In this document: positions 1 to 13,479 of the stretch, piece by piece
Numbering within the stretch: the first letter of the stretch is position 1
Layout of the letters: the number at the start of each line of letters is the position of its first letter
Assembly: GCA_016748015.1 (NCBI GenBank)
Contig: JAAOMT010000591.1
Span: 410,335-474,334, forward strand
Length of the DNA: 64,000 nt
DNA from: Geosiphon pyriformis uo1
Lineage: Eukaryota; Fungi; Glomeromycota
Direction: 5' to 3'
Notes under the pieces: model-generated
What the model was told of the DNA's origin: nothing
Databases searched by the model: none
The model's input: only the letters and a program-made list of their open reading frames with translations
Translations under genes and position numbers: made by a program

Positions 1-124
1 CAGAACTTTTTTGAAATAGCGCTTTCAACTCTAATGTTACCCTGTTGTCCCTGATGGGAAGTTGAAATTAAACAGGTATAGTTTTGAAAATCTGGAAAAG
101 TACCCTAAATTTACAAAATAAAAC

Positions 125-867
125 TTAGATTTGGTCGAGTTGTCTCAAAGTTTCCTCAAGTTCCGCTTTAGACTGCTGATATTGTTCCAGAAGCTTTTCA
201 TATTTTTCTTCCGATTGAGCACGTTCTCCATCAAGCTGGTGCACTTTTCTTTCAAAATGCTCTGCTTTGACATCGGTTTGGCGGAGTCTTGTATCATTAA
301 AATTGATTAATCGGTTATTAAAATTTTGATTATGTCAAAGTAATTCAAAAATTCAAAAATTAGATTTAGATACTTTTCAGTAGTTTCCCTCAAGTTTTTT
401 TCGGTACTATCCAACTCACTCTCAAGCAAGGCAATCTTTCGCTGGAGACCCTCGATGTTACTCTTAGAGGATTCCTCCTCCTCTTGCAAATGTTTTGAAT
501 CGGCTAGTTTTTTTTCGGCACGGTCGACCTGTGCTTCCAAAAGAATTAACTTATTTTGGAGAGAGAGGATTTCTTGGTCTTTGCTGGCAGATTCTTGCTT
601 CTCTTTCTTTAGTGCGGCTTCCGCATCTTCTGCACGCTGACTAGCGGCATCAGCTTCGGCACGTAAAGCGGTAAGTCTCTAGAAAAGTGAAAAATAAGGG
701 CGCTCGTGCTAAATAACCTTATCTGCAATTACAGAAATGACCAAGCAGATTATAAAAGTTTGCCCCCTTCAAACATGGCCAAACTTGAGTTTTAATGCAA
801 CCACTCCGTCTCAAAAGAAATGCTAGCATTAATTCAAAAGAAGACACACCTCCTTGAACCTTTCCAT
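125..867 (-). CDS. TPM1: Tropomyosin (fungal Tpm/Cdc8 type), 3 exons: 867-850, 678-374, 287-125
   Basis: Spliced translation MERFKE|RLTALRAEADAASQRAEDAE...NLRETTEK|LRQTDVKAEHFERKV...LDQI*. GT-AG junctions keep the frame; continuous coiled coil typical of fungal tropomyosin. Confidence 0.95.
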
Positions 868-1087
868 CGGAAGCTATAGGTTTCAAAACAAACGTTGATT
901 AAGAGGAGGTTAGGAAAGAAGTAAGCGTTTGCTGATGCTACAATAGACAACTCATATCTGTCTCAGCTATATCCCAAAGCGTAGTACAAAGTGGATAAAC
1001 ACGATTTGCAGATTTTCAATCTGCATTGATTAAATTTCCAGCGTCCAAGACATTTGTATAATTGAAAAAACGAATCCATCAAATTGG

Positions 1088-2350
1088 TCATTCTTTATTC
1101 ACCCAAATCCATGAAGTACCACATCCTGCACCAATTTTACCAACTCGAAAAGGTTCCTTTGTAACAGAATCGACTATATTTTTTGGGATCAAAACATCGT
1201 ATCCATCTTCTGTTGCACAATTACCATGTTCATTCCAACCCCAAGCCAGACATTGACCGAATGACGTTCTTATTAAAGAGTGTTCAGAGCCAGAAACTAC
1301 ATTGATGACTTGAATATCAGGTTTGAATGGTATTATTTTGGGAAGATAACAAAGAAGAATTGGTTTTTCAATCCAATAATCATCATTTTTTTCCGGTAGA
1401 ATTCCTAATTGCCCATGATCATTTCTGCCCCAAATAGCAATTTTTTTTGATTTAAGCAATATTATGGTGTGATGCCAACCGCAAGATATTTCCTCGGCAT
1501 TTTCGCCCAACATTACAACCCTCTTTGGGATTGCCCTAGAAGGAATGTCTAAAGGAGAAGCATAACCAAGTTGCCCGTATTTATTCTGTCCAAATGTATA
1601 AACTTGACCTTGTTTTGTAAGAACAGCAGTGTGATACTGACCACATCCCACATCAACGATTATTTCATGGCTATATGGGAGCTGAATCTGAACCGGATAA
1701 AAATAATTGGTTTTATTGATATTTGTTTTTCCGATTGGATTCTGGGCTGGAATTCCTCTCATTTCATCGTCATATTCATTCAAGCTCAATTGACCATATC
1801 GATTATTACCCCACCCATAACACTTTCCATCAACAGTTAGTGCAATAGAATATCGCAATCCACAAGCGACTTTTTGCACATTAGAAATTCCTTCAATCTT
1901 CATAATTTTCCCTTCAGTTGAAAGAAGAGAGTGTCCCAACCCCAATTCACCAAAAGACCCTTTGCCAAAAACATAAAGTTCTCCTCTTTGTGTGGTCACA
2001 AGAGTGTGAGACCAACCACAAGCGACACTACGGAAACGCGTACAATTTGAATCTTTTGTGTTAGGTTCAGAAAGTTGAACTTTATGGAAAATATTATAAT
2101 GAGTTGAACTGCTTTTCAAACCGCATTGCCCGTACACGTTTTGTCCACTCATCCATAATTCTTCGTCACATGTAATAACTGCCGAATGATTGCCTCCACC
2201 ACTCATCACCAGCGGTGGCCTACTCAAATTGGGAGAAGTTTTTGAAGAAAATAAACAGATACGTGGGGTACGTGAATCTTCTTCACTTCCAATTCCTAGT
2301 TGCCCTTGCCCATTTGAGCCAAATGCATAAAGGCCCCCTTCAAGCGACAT
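1088..2350 (-). CDS. ATS1: RCC1-repeat beta-propeller protein, ATS1/Kti13-like, single exon
   Basis: Repeated GxNxxGQLG and ACGxxHT motifs. N-terminus LYAFGSNGQGQLG and C-terminus GAGCGTSWI resemble Ats1. First ATG is at 2350 (the ORF track starts at an upstream GTG). Confidence 0.75.
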   Translation of the reverse strand: MSLEGGLYAFGSNGQGQLGIGSEEDSRTPRICLFSSKTSPNLSRPPLVMSGGGNHSAVITCDEELWMSGQNVYGQCGLKSSSTHYNIFHKVQLSEPNTKDSNCTRFRSVACGWSHTLVTTQRGELYVFGKGSFGELGLGHSLLSTEGKIMKIEGISNVQKVACGLRYSIALTVDGKCYGWGNNRYGQLSLNEYDDEMRGIPAQNPIGKTNINKTNYFYPVQIQLPYSHEIIVDVGCGQYHTAVLTKQGQVYTFGQNKYGQLGYASPLDIPSRAIPKRVVMLGENAEEISCGWHHTIILLKSKKIAIWGRNDHGQLGILPEKNDDYWIEKPILLCYLPKIIPFKPDIQVINVVSGSEHSLIRTSFGQCLAWGWNEHGNCATEDGYDVLIPKNIVDSVTKEPFRVGKIGAGCGTSWIWVNKE

Positions 2351-5300
2351 AATATCTTTCACGAATCAGCTTAGAAGATATGATTATAAGTTATTATAAC
2401 ATTTTACCAGCTTCACTTTCTAGGTTTACAAATTGCCATTGAAATAATCCAGGTTCATTTTGTGAATTGAATTTGGTCAAAAATAGATAATCTTAAATTT
2501 CAGTGATTGAATATTCAATTATTTAATTGTATCATTAAAAATCTTAAAATTCGATTCCTTAAAAATGTTTTTTTTTATTTATTTATTATTAAGTATAAAA
2601 ATTTCTTTTTGATAACAATTGCTAATAACTATAACAAAATTGGTTAAAATATCAGATTAAAGCAAAAAATTTAAAAATAAATTTATAAATATAATAATAA
2701 TTAAAACAAGTAATATTTGTTAAATATAATGTTTAATTAAAATTTATAAAATTAAAAAATTAACACATATAATATTATATATTTCAAATTTAATTGGCTT
2801 AAATGGCTAATTATGTATGACAAATACATAAACTGTATTTGTTATAAAATATATATATATTGTATATTGCGTTTAAAGCAGTAAAAAATTAAATAATTTT
2901 TTTGAAATACTTAAAAAAAAAATTATTAATGTTTTTAAACCATATTAACTATCTTAAATTTTGATTTTTTAAAAATAAGACTTTGGTTTTTTTGATGTTT
3001 TACTAATTTTCCATTATTAATATTAATTATAATGCTTAATTTTATTTTAATTATAAACAATAATTTGTTTTAAATAATAATAATAATAACATATTTGCCA
3101 AATTTAATTTAATATTGTTAATATAATAAATTTGATTGGTTTTAAAATTTAAACAAGTTATATTTTAATATGCAATTTTATTTAATTATAAAAATTGGGT
3201 TAATAAAATAAAAACTAAAGCATTTTTTTTTGTTTTTTAAAAACACTATTGGTTTTAAAAGCAATTAAAAAATAATTATTAATTATTAAAATTTTTTAAA
3301 TAAATGCTTTTTTTAATATTTAATATTATCATAAAAATTAAAATAATTTATATTAAGATTATAATTTAGTTTTTATATGATTTTATTAATATAAAATTGG
3401 TTATTAAAAATTATTTTAAGTTTTTTTGTATTTTAAATTTTTTTAACTATTGTTATTAATATTAAACTTGTTAAATTTTTATTATTATTTTTACATTATA
3501 AATTTGGTTTTGTTTTTTTTTTTAGTTTTTATAATGTTTTTTGGAATATTTTACTAATAATATTAAAATACTTTTGAAATTTTTAGTAAAATTATTGATA
3601 TTAAAGTTTATTAATTTGTAATAATATATTATTGTTTATTTTAAAATTATTCTTGTTTGTTAATTAATTTAAAAATAGTTAAAAGTAATACATATAACAA
3701 ATTAATAATTTAACAGTTATAAAAAGTAATTTAATATTATAATAGCTTAATAAAAAAAGAAAATATCTTTTAAAATTAATTTTATTAAAAATTATTAACT
3801 TATTAGAAGAATAAAAAATAATATTAAACTTTATAAATTATAATTAAATAATATAAATTAAACCAAATACAGTTAAAAACAATTTATGCTATACAAATAA
3901 AAAACCATAAATAAAAATATTAATATTAATATTAATATTTAATAAGCTTTAATATTTCTGTTTTTTATAAAAAAAGCTTTTTACAAGTAAACTGCTTAAA
4001 AAAAACTAGCAAAAAAATTTTAGATATTGTAAAAACTTTTAAAATTAATAAAAATTTTTAAAAACTAATATTTTATAATAAATACTAAAAGTTATATTGT
4101 TTTAAATTATTTATTATAATATTTAAATTTATTGTTATATTTAATATAAAAAAATACTAATAATTAAATTAGTTTGATAATTATTGATTATATTATTATT
4201 AAATAATTAATCTAAAAAAAGTATTAATGTTTTAATAAATAACTTTATAATATTGTATTTTTATAGTCATATTTATTTAAATAAAATATTTAATAAGTTA
4301 TTTTTTTATGTTTCGGTTTTTTTATTGTATAATTAAATTAATACTTAATAATTTGTTATTAAGAATTTGATATATTAAAATAAAATTAATTATACTATTT
4401 TTTTAATAATTATATAATAATTATATAATTTTTTTTGGTTAAATTAAGAATTGTATTATCAACTATTTTTATTTTTTTGGTATAAAATAAAATTAAGTAT
4501 TATATTAATATATATTAATATAAAAGATAAATAATTTATTTAAATCAAATTATTTAAAAAGTAGTTTAATAATAAGTTTTTTAAGATTTTAAAAACTTTT
4601 TTGCTAATAAGTATATTAATAATAATTGATATTTTTTTAAAAAATAATAAAATAAAAAAACAATTTTGGAAAGATTTTGGAAAAATTTCTTATAATAAAT
4701 AATTAAATTAAAAAAAATATAACTATATTTATTATTTGCTTAATTAATTAAATTTTTTTGATTTTGGCTAAATTAAAAATACTATTTTTTATAATAAAAT
4801 ATCTAAATAATTAAATAAAATTAATTTTGAGATTTATTTTGAAATTTGTATTTCTTAAAAGAATAAAAAAATTTTATAAATATTTATTAATTCAAAAAAC
4901 ATAACTGTAAATTTATATGTATTATATTAAATAATAAAAGTAGTTTATAACGATTTTTAAAATCTATTTATACTTATTAAAATTTAGTAATTAAAAGAAA
5001 AATATCATTTTTAAATTTGTTTAAACTATTTTCAATTATTAAAAAAAGATATAAACTTTTTTAATAATAGTAATTAATTCATAATAATTAATATAAAAAT
5101 ATAAAATTTATTTTTAAAAATTATTATTATTAAAAAAGTTAATTTATTCTTGGTTTTTTAAATAAACTCTAATTTTTTTTGATTTTTTTTTTGATTAATT
5201 TATTATTATAATAATAAAACCAATATATTTTTAAATAAATAAAATCTTTTTTTTTATGGTTTTAATAAAATATTTAATTAGATTTTTTTATGTATTAATA

Positions 5301-8300
5301 AAATATAATTCTATTATTAATTATAATATAAAATTTAAAATTTTCAAAATAATTGTAATTTATATATTTTTTATAGTATTTTAAAAACTAAATTAAATTA
5401 AATTTATACAAAAAAACTTATTCAAAAAAAATATTTGTGTAAAGTTATAGTTAAAATATTATTAAAAAAATAAATTGGTTTATTTATAAAACAATATTAT
5501 TAATTTATTAATAATTTTATTATTTACAAAAAAATTTAATAATATATTAAATATATTATTTTTAAGCAAAAAATTTAATTCATATTTTATTTTAAGATTT
5601 ATTATTTTTTTATATAAATTACTAATTATATAATTAAATAGATTAATATTTTGGTTAATTACAAGAATTTTATTATTAAACTCGATTTTTAAAAAAGTAA
5701 AAACACCAATTAACTTAATAATTAAAGTAATTAAAACATTAATAGATTTAACAACAAACTTAATTAATAAAATTAATTCAAATTTTAAGAAAATTAACTT
5801 AAAATTAATTAAAAAATTTATAATAGCAATAATAACAAAAACAGCCAAAAAAACAACAACAAAAAAAGCAATAAAACAAAAACTTAACATAGAATTTGGT
5901 ATTAATAAAACAAAATTTAAAAACTTTAAAATTATTTGTAAACTTAAAAAAATTTTATAATTAATAGCCAAATAATTTAAACTCTAATACTTAAAACATT
6001 GCTAATAGTCAAAGTTTTTTTATTAAATACAATACTTTTTTAAAATACTAGTTTTTATAATTATAGCTTTCAAATTATTACAAATACCAAAATAATAATA
6101 ATATATTGTAGTTACTAAACAAAATTAAAAAATAAAAAATAAAACAAATATAATTACTAATTTAAAAAACCAAATTATTAATTTCAAAAGCAATACAGCC
6201 AAAAAAAAATTAATCAATTTGGTTTTAAACATATTATAAAAAAAATTTTTTTTTAATTTGTAAAAAGATAATTTTTATGTTGTTTTTATTATTAAATTAA
6301 TTAACAAACAAAAACGGCTATAATTACACCAAAAAATTTAAAATACATAATAACATATTATAAATACTAAAAAATTTTAAAACAATTTAAATAACTTTAT
6401 TAAAAACATTAAAAACTATTTTAATATTAGCAACAAACATATTTTAAAACATATTATACAGAATAATAATAACAAAAAAAATGTAAATTCAGAAATCATC
6501 ATAAATTTAATAATTTTAAAAATAAAAAAAATAAAATCAACAAGTTTAATTTATAATTTTTTAAAAAGTAATAGCAATATATTTTTTTTATATATAATAA
6601 TTTTTGTTTAAATTTTAATATTTAATAAATATATAAATAAAGAATATATATACAAAAATTTAATATTTAGTATGTCTTTTTTTTATATTAATACAATCTT
6701 AAATTTGATTTTATATATTAGTAATACAGTTAAAAATAGTCTTATTAAACAAATTATTCTGTTTTTTTTTCGATTATTGTAATAAAAATTATCTAAAAAA
6801 TATTTTTTTTTGTGTATTATTATTATTTTAACGTTTTTTTAATATTTTGTTTAAGAATAATTCAAATATTCTTAATTAAATTAAGATTTAAACTATATAA
6901 TAACTAAGATAAAATGTAATTTGGCAATTGTATCTTAAAATCTGTGTAAATGGTTTTTAAAGTATGTTTTAAATTATTATCATATTTGAAAATTCAATAT
7001 TATTATCTATATATACTAATTGTATTATAATATAAATTTTTATTAAAAATTTTATAATAAAAATATTAGTTTATATTTTCTATAAAAATATATATTTCAA
7101 TTTTTCTATATACACAAATGTTTTTTATATATAAAGTTAAATAAATGTTTTACTATTAATATAATAGATTTATTTAAATAAAATTAAGCCAATATTTCGA
7201 AATATTTATAAAATTATTTTATTTAAAAATACTATTTTTGCACTAATTATTATTAAAATATTTTTAAGTTCATATTAATTGGTTTTGTTTAACTTGTATA
7301 GTATATAAAAATATATATTTTGATAAAACAACTATATAATTAAGCCTAAAAAGTTTATTATAAATAGTCTATTTACTTATTTTAATCTTAAGATATGTTT
7401 TTGTAAGTTATGTCTTAATTTTAATTGTTGTAGTAAAATGATTTTAATTTACAATTTTTTTAATTTGGTAACACATTTTTAGTAAAGTTTTTTGTGAATG
7501 ATTTGAATAATAAATTACTCGAATTTGACTATTTTAATAATATTGTCTTATATATTATTTACAAAAGCAAAGAAAAATATTAGTTTTTCGAAATATTTTA
7601 ATTAAAGTTTAATAATTTTATTGTTAAAATCTCTTAATAACTTTATAATTAAATTTTACAGAAATATTTTTTATTATAAAAAATAAAATATGTTATTGAT
7701 TAAAACAATTTTGTTTTAAAAAATAAAAACAATAGTATTAAATATATATACATATAAATTATAACTTAAAATATCTTAACAATAGCTAATTAAATAATAA
7801 TAAAAATTATATACTGCAAAAATTACTTTACTATTGTTTTTCAAAAGTACTGTAAAAAACAATATTTTTTTATCTTTTTTTAAACCATTAATTTTATTAC
7901 TAGAAAAATTTAATCTTGAAGTAACTGTACTATATTTTATTAGACAGAAAAATTTTTTAAAAAAAAAATAATATAACATATATATATGGCTTAAAAAAGT
8001 AGAAAAAATTGTTCAAGTAAATAATTAAAACATACAAAAAACAATCTAAGCACTACTTTTTTTTTGAAAAAAATTATTAGTATTAGAGTTTAAAAAAAAC
8101 CTATTGGTTTTATTTAATTTAAAAACTTAATTTTAAAATATTTTATTAATTCAAATACTATAATACAATTCTAAATAATATTATTAAGTAAAGCATAAAT
8201 AAAATAGTTACCTAATATTTTAATTTAACCGAATTTATTATTAAATTAAAGTTATAAAAATAAAATATTATACTAATGTTTAGATTTTAAATCAATTTAT

Positions 8301-9879
8301 TAGAAAATTAAAAAACAGTATTCTAAAAAAAATATGCTTTATTTATCTTAATTTGTTAATAAAAGCTATTATATTTTCTAGAACTTTTAAATCAACTAAA
8401 AAAAATTAATTATAGCCAAATAATTAACATAATAATAAAACAAAATAAAAATATTAGAAAAAAAATAGTTTAATTAAAAAAACAACTCTTTAAAAAAATA
8501 AAAAGTTATTTTATCTTATATTTAAAAAGAAACAATATATACTAAACATCATAAAAATACAATTAAAGATTTAATGACAACCAATAAAATTAATTAATAT
8601 AACAAAAATATAAAATGAAAATATATGTTTGCTATTATTATAAATATGTAAAATATTTAATTAGCCAATTTTAAGCCAGATAATATTATTAATTATTATT
8701 ATAAAAGATAATAGTTTTACAACTATTTTTTCTTTTAAGTTAAAAAAATAAAACTATTTTTAATAGAGCAGTATTAGACAAAAAATATTTAATTACTGCT
8801 ATATATATAGAAATAATAGTAAACAATATCTTAATTAAATTTATTTTAAATAATAAATATACTAAAAGCATTATAATATTTTAATTAATAAACCAATTAA
8901 GTTTTATAGTTAATTATATCACAATATCTTAAATTATAATAGTTAATAAAAGTATTAAACTATTTTATAATAAAATTAATTTGTTTTTTTTTAAATTAAA
9001 TAATATAATAATAATTACAAAAGTATTAATAATAAATATTATACAATATTAAATATTAATAAGCAATAATTAATTGATAAAAGCAAATATTATTTTAAAT
9101 TAAACTATTCAAAAAAATTTTATTAATTATAATAATTATTATACAGCTATTTGTAACTGTTTTCAAAAATTTAACAATATTTAAAAATTTACTTTTAAAT
9201 ACAAAAAAACTCAGTATTGTTAGCAATTAAAACTTATTAATTCTTATAAATTAATAATAATAAAACAAAACTATTAATTATATTAACTTAAATAAGCAAA
9301 AAAAAATTGAATAGAGCTAAATAACCAATTAAAAAAATAATTAACAATCCAGACCAAAGCTAGAATACTCAATATACTATAAAAACGTTTATTTATAATA
9401 ATATATAATACATTAAATAAAAATTCCAGAAGTTTAATTTACTATTATTATAACTATTACATTAAAAAAAAATTATTTAAAAAAACATGATAAATAGAAT
9501 TAACAAAAATAAAAACAATATTTTACTTAAATTAACATTTATCTTTACAAAAATTGGCTTATTTTATGCTAAAATCAATATTATAAAAAGTATTAATACA
9601 AAAAAAACCTTAAAATTTAAAATTTAACAATACTAAAATTAATTAATAAGTTAATAAAACTTATTTAATAAACTTAAGTTAAAAAATTTGTACCCTATAC
9701 TAACTTAGAACAAAAAATTAATATTTGATACTTTGATAATAAGCACTTAAAAATAAGATTTAAAAGAACTTATTTAACTAATATTAAATTTAATTTATAA
9801 TATCCAAAAAATTAATTCATAATATTATTATTTAGAAGTATTATTAAAATTAATTTAAAAATAATAATTGAAATTTTAC

Positions 9880-10150
9880 CAAAAATAATAGTTTAAATAA
9901 TATTATAATCAAGCTTTGCAAAAAAAAGAAATAAATGTTTAAAGAAAAATAATTAACTTTAAATATACAAAAAATTTAATGGTTTTATTACAAAACAATT
10001 TAGAAAAACTATATATTATTAAACCTAAAAAAAAAATTACACAAACAATTTTTTTACTATTAATAAAAATTACAAAATTCATATTAATAAAAAATCAAAA
10101 AAAATAATATAAATAATAATAAAAACTTTATAGTTTTGGATCAATAAAAA
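9880..10150 (+). pseudogene. Fossil dUTPase of an eroded gypsy pol
   Basis: aagctttgcaaaaaaaagaaataaatg...ttattacaaaacaatttagaaaaactatatattatt...aaattacacaaacaattttt...agttttggatcaa aligns with dUTPase DNA at ~46780-47025 (LQNDSEK..EKIAQAIFLPL..FGST). Confidence 0.7.
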
Positions 10151-10222
10151 AAAAATTAAAACAAATTTAATTAAAACAACAAAAAAAATATTAATTAATT
10201 AAAATTAAACAGCTTATTATGC

Positions 10223-13200
10223 TATTACAGATAAGGTTAATGAGACATTGTAGTAATATTTAGTGTTCTAAATTTAGATAATAAAAGCTTAAAAGTCTCT
10301 ATTTTAAATACTTAAAATAAGTTGTTTAATATTAGTCTTTGAAAGTTTTTTGCTAATTTTACTCATAAAGTTCTTTAGTTATAAGCACAAAAAAGTATTC
10401 AGCTATTTATAGTTTAAGTGTGTAAGCTATTTTTTTCAAGCTAGTTGAGTATAGTCACTAAAATCTAATAATGTCTTTTTACTCTTTTGGTAAGTTAACA
10501 AAATAATGTTAATATCTAATTCTAAAAAGAGCTTCCTTTTTTTACCAGACTATTACAAAGTCTATTTTTAGATAGTTAATTTTGCAATGTTGTCATTCCA
10601 CAAAAAAAAAAAAAGAAATAAAAGAAATTAGTATTGTTAATTACTGTAATCAAGAGCAATTGGTTTAAGTTGTTATTTGTTCAAGACATTTTATGCTAAG
10701 AACATCTGGCCAAGAACAAAAGTAAAAGAATAAATAATTTGGTTTAAATATAAGATTCAGAAATTATAAATAAATGATTTTTGGTTTTAATAATTTCTTT
10801 ATTTAAGATAATGTAAATATATAAATAAGATAGATCTAATAGATATAAGTAAAAAATATATTTTTTATCTGATTATTTTTTGTTGTTCTTTTTTTACTGT
10901 TAAATTTACTTATTTTTATATATATTTTTAGTTTTACAAACTTGTTTTTTGATTGTTTGTTATTATTAGTTATTGTTTGTTATTTCTGTTGTTGCTTTGT
11001 TTTTTTATACTGTAACTAATTATTTTATATTATAGTTAATTATTTTGTGTTATTTTGTATTATTACATTTTTTTATGTTATTATGTTTTTTAATCACGTT
11101 TTTTTAATATCTTTTGAATTTGTTTTTTCTACTTAGGTAATATTATCTTTTTTTTTAGAATTGAGCTTTTGCAAAATTATATATATTTGCAAAAATTGTT
11201 TTTTAGTATAGTGTTCAATTATTGTATTAAGTATTGCTTTTTGTAGATCTTTAAACTGTGTATTAGTTATTTGTTTTATACTGTTAACTATAATAGTTTT
11301 TAGTATATTATCTAACAGTATAGCTGAACAGTATTTAAAGACTGTATACAATTAGTAGTTGCTTTATAGTGTAATGTTAAGTTGTTTTTTTTTATGAATT
11401 CTTTTACTTATTTGATAACTTCTTTGTTGAAGATTTGTCTGTTGAGATTTTTATATAGTGTCTTTAATTTTAGTTGTCCACCAATTTTAAAAAACCAGTA
11501 GACTAGTAAAAGTTTTTTTTTCTATTCTCTAATATTTTTTGGTGTCTATTCTTTTATGTTAAGTAGTTTAATTTTCTAAAAAAAACCTTGTTGGATTTTT
11601 TTTTATATTAGAGACCACATATCTTTTTTTTTAAATTATTTATAGGAATAAAAACACTTAATTTAGTTGAACTTTTGCCCATTGTTACCAGACAAAATTA
11701 GAGATATTATTTAGCATGAAATTATCTTTATAATTCCTATCATTAATTAGCATATATTATTATTCAAATTATCACTTATTACATTAGCAAAATGTCCAAA
11801 ATTATCATTTAATTAATAACCCAATTTGCACATAACATAAATGTAACCTAATTACAATGATCAATCATGCAATACCCCGAACTATGTAACATTCAAAAAG
11901 TTTGCTGAAATTTGTAGAAATTTGCCAAAATAATTAATAGTTTACTGAAATATCTAATAGTTTGCAGAAATAACTTGTAGTTTGCCAAAATATATCTTTA
12001 GTTCAGCGAAATTGTAGAAAAGAGCAAAGTTCAAGTTCATAAAATAGTGTTATGACAAGTTGTATAAAAAAAAAGCTTCTCTCTTCGAGAAAATGTATCT
12101 TACTTTAGATTTATCACTTAGAACTATTCCTACACACACAAAAAGAAATAAATATCAAATAATTCAAAAAACCAAATTTTTTAAATATTACACTTGGAAA
12201 ATCTCCAAAACCCAACTAACATTTCGAAATTAATTAGCTACCAATTTCAGTAAACTGTTAGTGACTTCAGGCCTGGATAGAAAACACTTCTCTTGATAAA
12301 ATTCTATTTCTTTTACATTTCTTTTATTTTTTTTTTCTTTTCTTATTACAATCATTAAGGTAGTCTACAGACAAGATTCCTGTAGAAGAGTTGACTTTCA
12401 CAGTAAAGTAACTACACATTTTTAGTAAGCTTCCAGACGAGCAATTCCTGGGAAAGAGTTGACATTTACTACAACGTAACTACACAAGTAACTGGCATGG
12501 AATTGGCTATTCCACTTATAAACCCAGCAGTTCAAATTATAGGAGATAATTTGAAGATAAATTCAGTTATCGGAGGTTCAAACACTTCCTATAGTTGTGA
12601 ATTAACAGCATTACAATGAACATACAAGAGCTAAGAAGAGACCAAAAACCTCTGATAATACCATTCTTTTTTTGCATAAATTTCTGTATCATATTTTTTT
12701 ATTATTAATTGTAATTTCTATTGGTATTGTGAATTGTTGAATGGTTTTAAATAATTGTTTTAAAAGTTTTAAAATTTGATTTAAAAAGTCTATGTTGAAA
12801 GTTCTATTGTCTTTTTTTTTGCTGTTTTGGTTTTTATATATACTTAAATTTGTGATTTAATTTATTATTAATAAACTATATTTTAATAACAATAATTGGT
12901 TTTAGATCTTGTGATATATTTTTTGGTCTGATTAATATAATTTGTATTTCTAGTTAAGATACAAATAATGATGACTCTTGATTGATATGATAAATTTTTA
13001 GTCGATTTTTATGCACTATTTTTTTTAAAATTTTGTTCTCTGATTATAATTTGTATACTTTATTGCCTAAAACTTTGTGTATATAAAATGATTCATCTCA
13101 TTTTGGATCAAATTTTCAATTTTATTGTTTTTTAGCTTTAGTATGATGTAATAATACTCTGTTTTTAATCTTAAATTTAGCTAGTTGGTTGGATAAGCAA

Positions 13201-13460
13201 TTATTATGTATCTTTTTTTGTTATTTCTGAGTATTATTAATATTGTTAGCTGTTATTCTATAATTGTTTTCTAATGTTTCTATTAGTTGGTATGTTTTTT
13301 GATATAAAGTAGCTTCAAAATTCTCTTTAGTAATTAATTTTGTTGAAAAAGAAGATATTTTTTATTCAATAAGTAGAATGGCTTATCTTTTATAAACTAG
13401 TTCAAATAGTATAAACTGATTAGTATTTTGCTTTAGTATTTAATATACAAATAATACAGA
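10223..13460 (-). mobile_element. Eroded 3' half of a family-A-like gypsy element: integrase C-terminus (~13460-12900), ORF3 (~12800-11133, split by a solo LTR), 3' LTR (11142-10223)
   Basis: Decayed KKQWSGKFDPKWD coding DNA near 13100. ORF3 motifs EITINNKKI, YWFFKIGGQL and LYTVFKYC. Eroded PPT followed by TATTACC (=TGTTACC) at 11142; LTR end tattacag at 10223. Confidence 0.7.
11683..12660 (+). mobile_element. Solo LTR of family B with 4-bp TSD CCAT
   Basis: Starts TGTTACCAG and ends cctctgataata (eroded cctccggtaaca). Homologous along its length to the LTR at 61871-62823. CCAT on both sides (11679-11682, 12661-12664). Confidence 0.9.
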
Positions 13461-13479
13461 AGGTATGAATAAAAAAACA

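Noticed and set aside
5480-5971. 163-aa hydrophobic ORF resembling a membrane or mitochondrial protein
   Set aside because: F/I/L/K/N bias results from AT erosion of a TE; no conserved motifs and no evidence for a NUMT.
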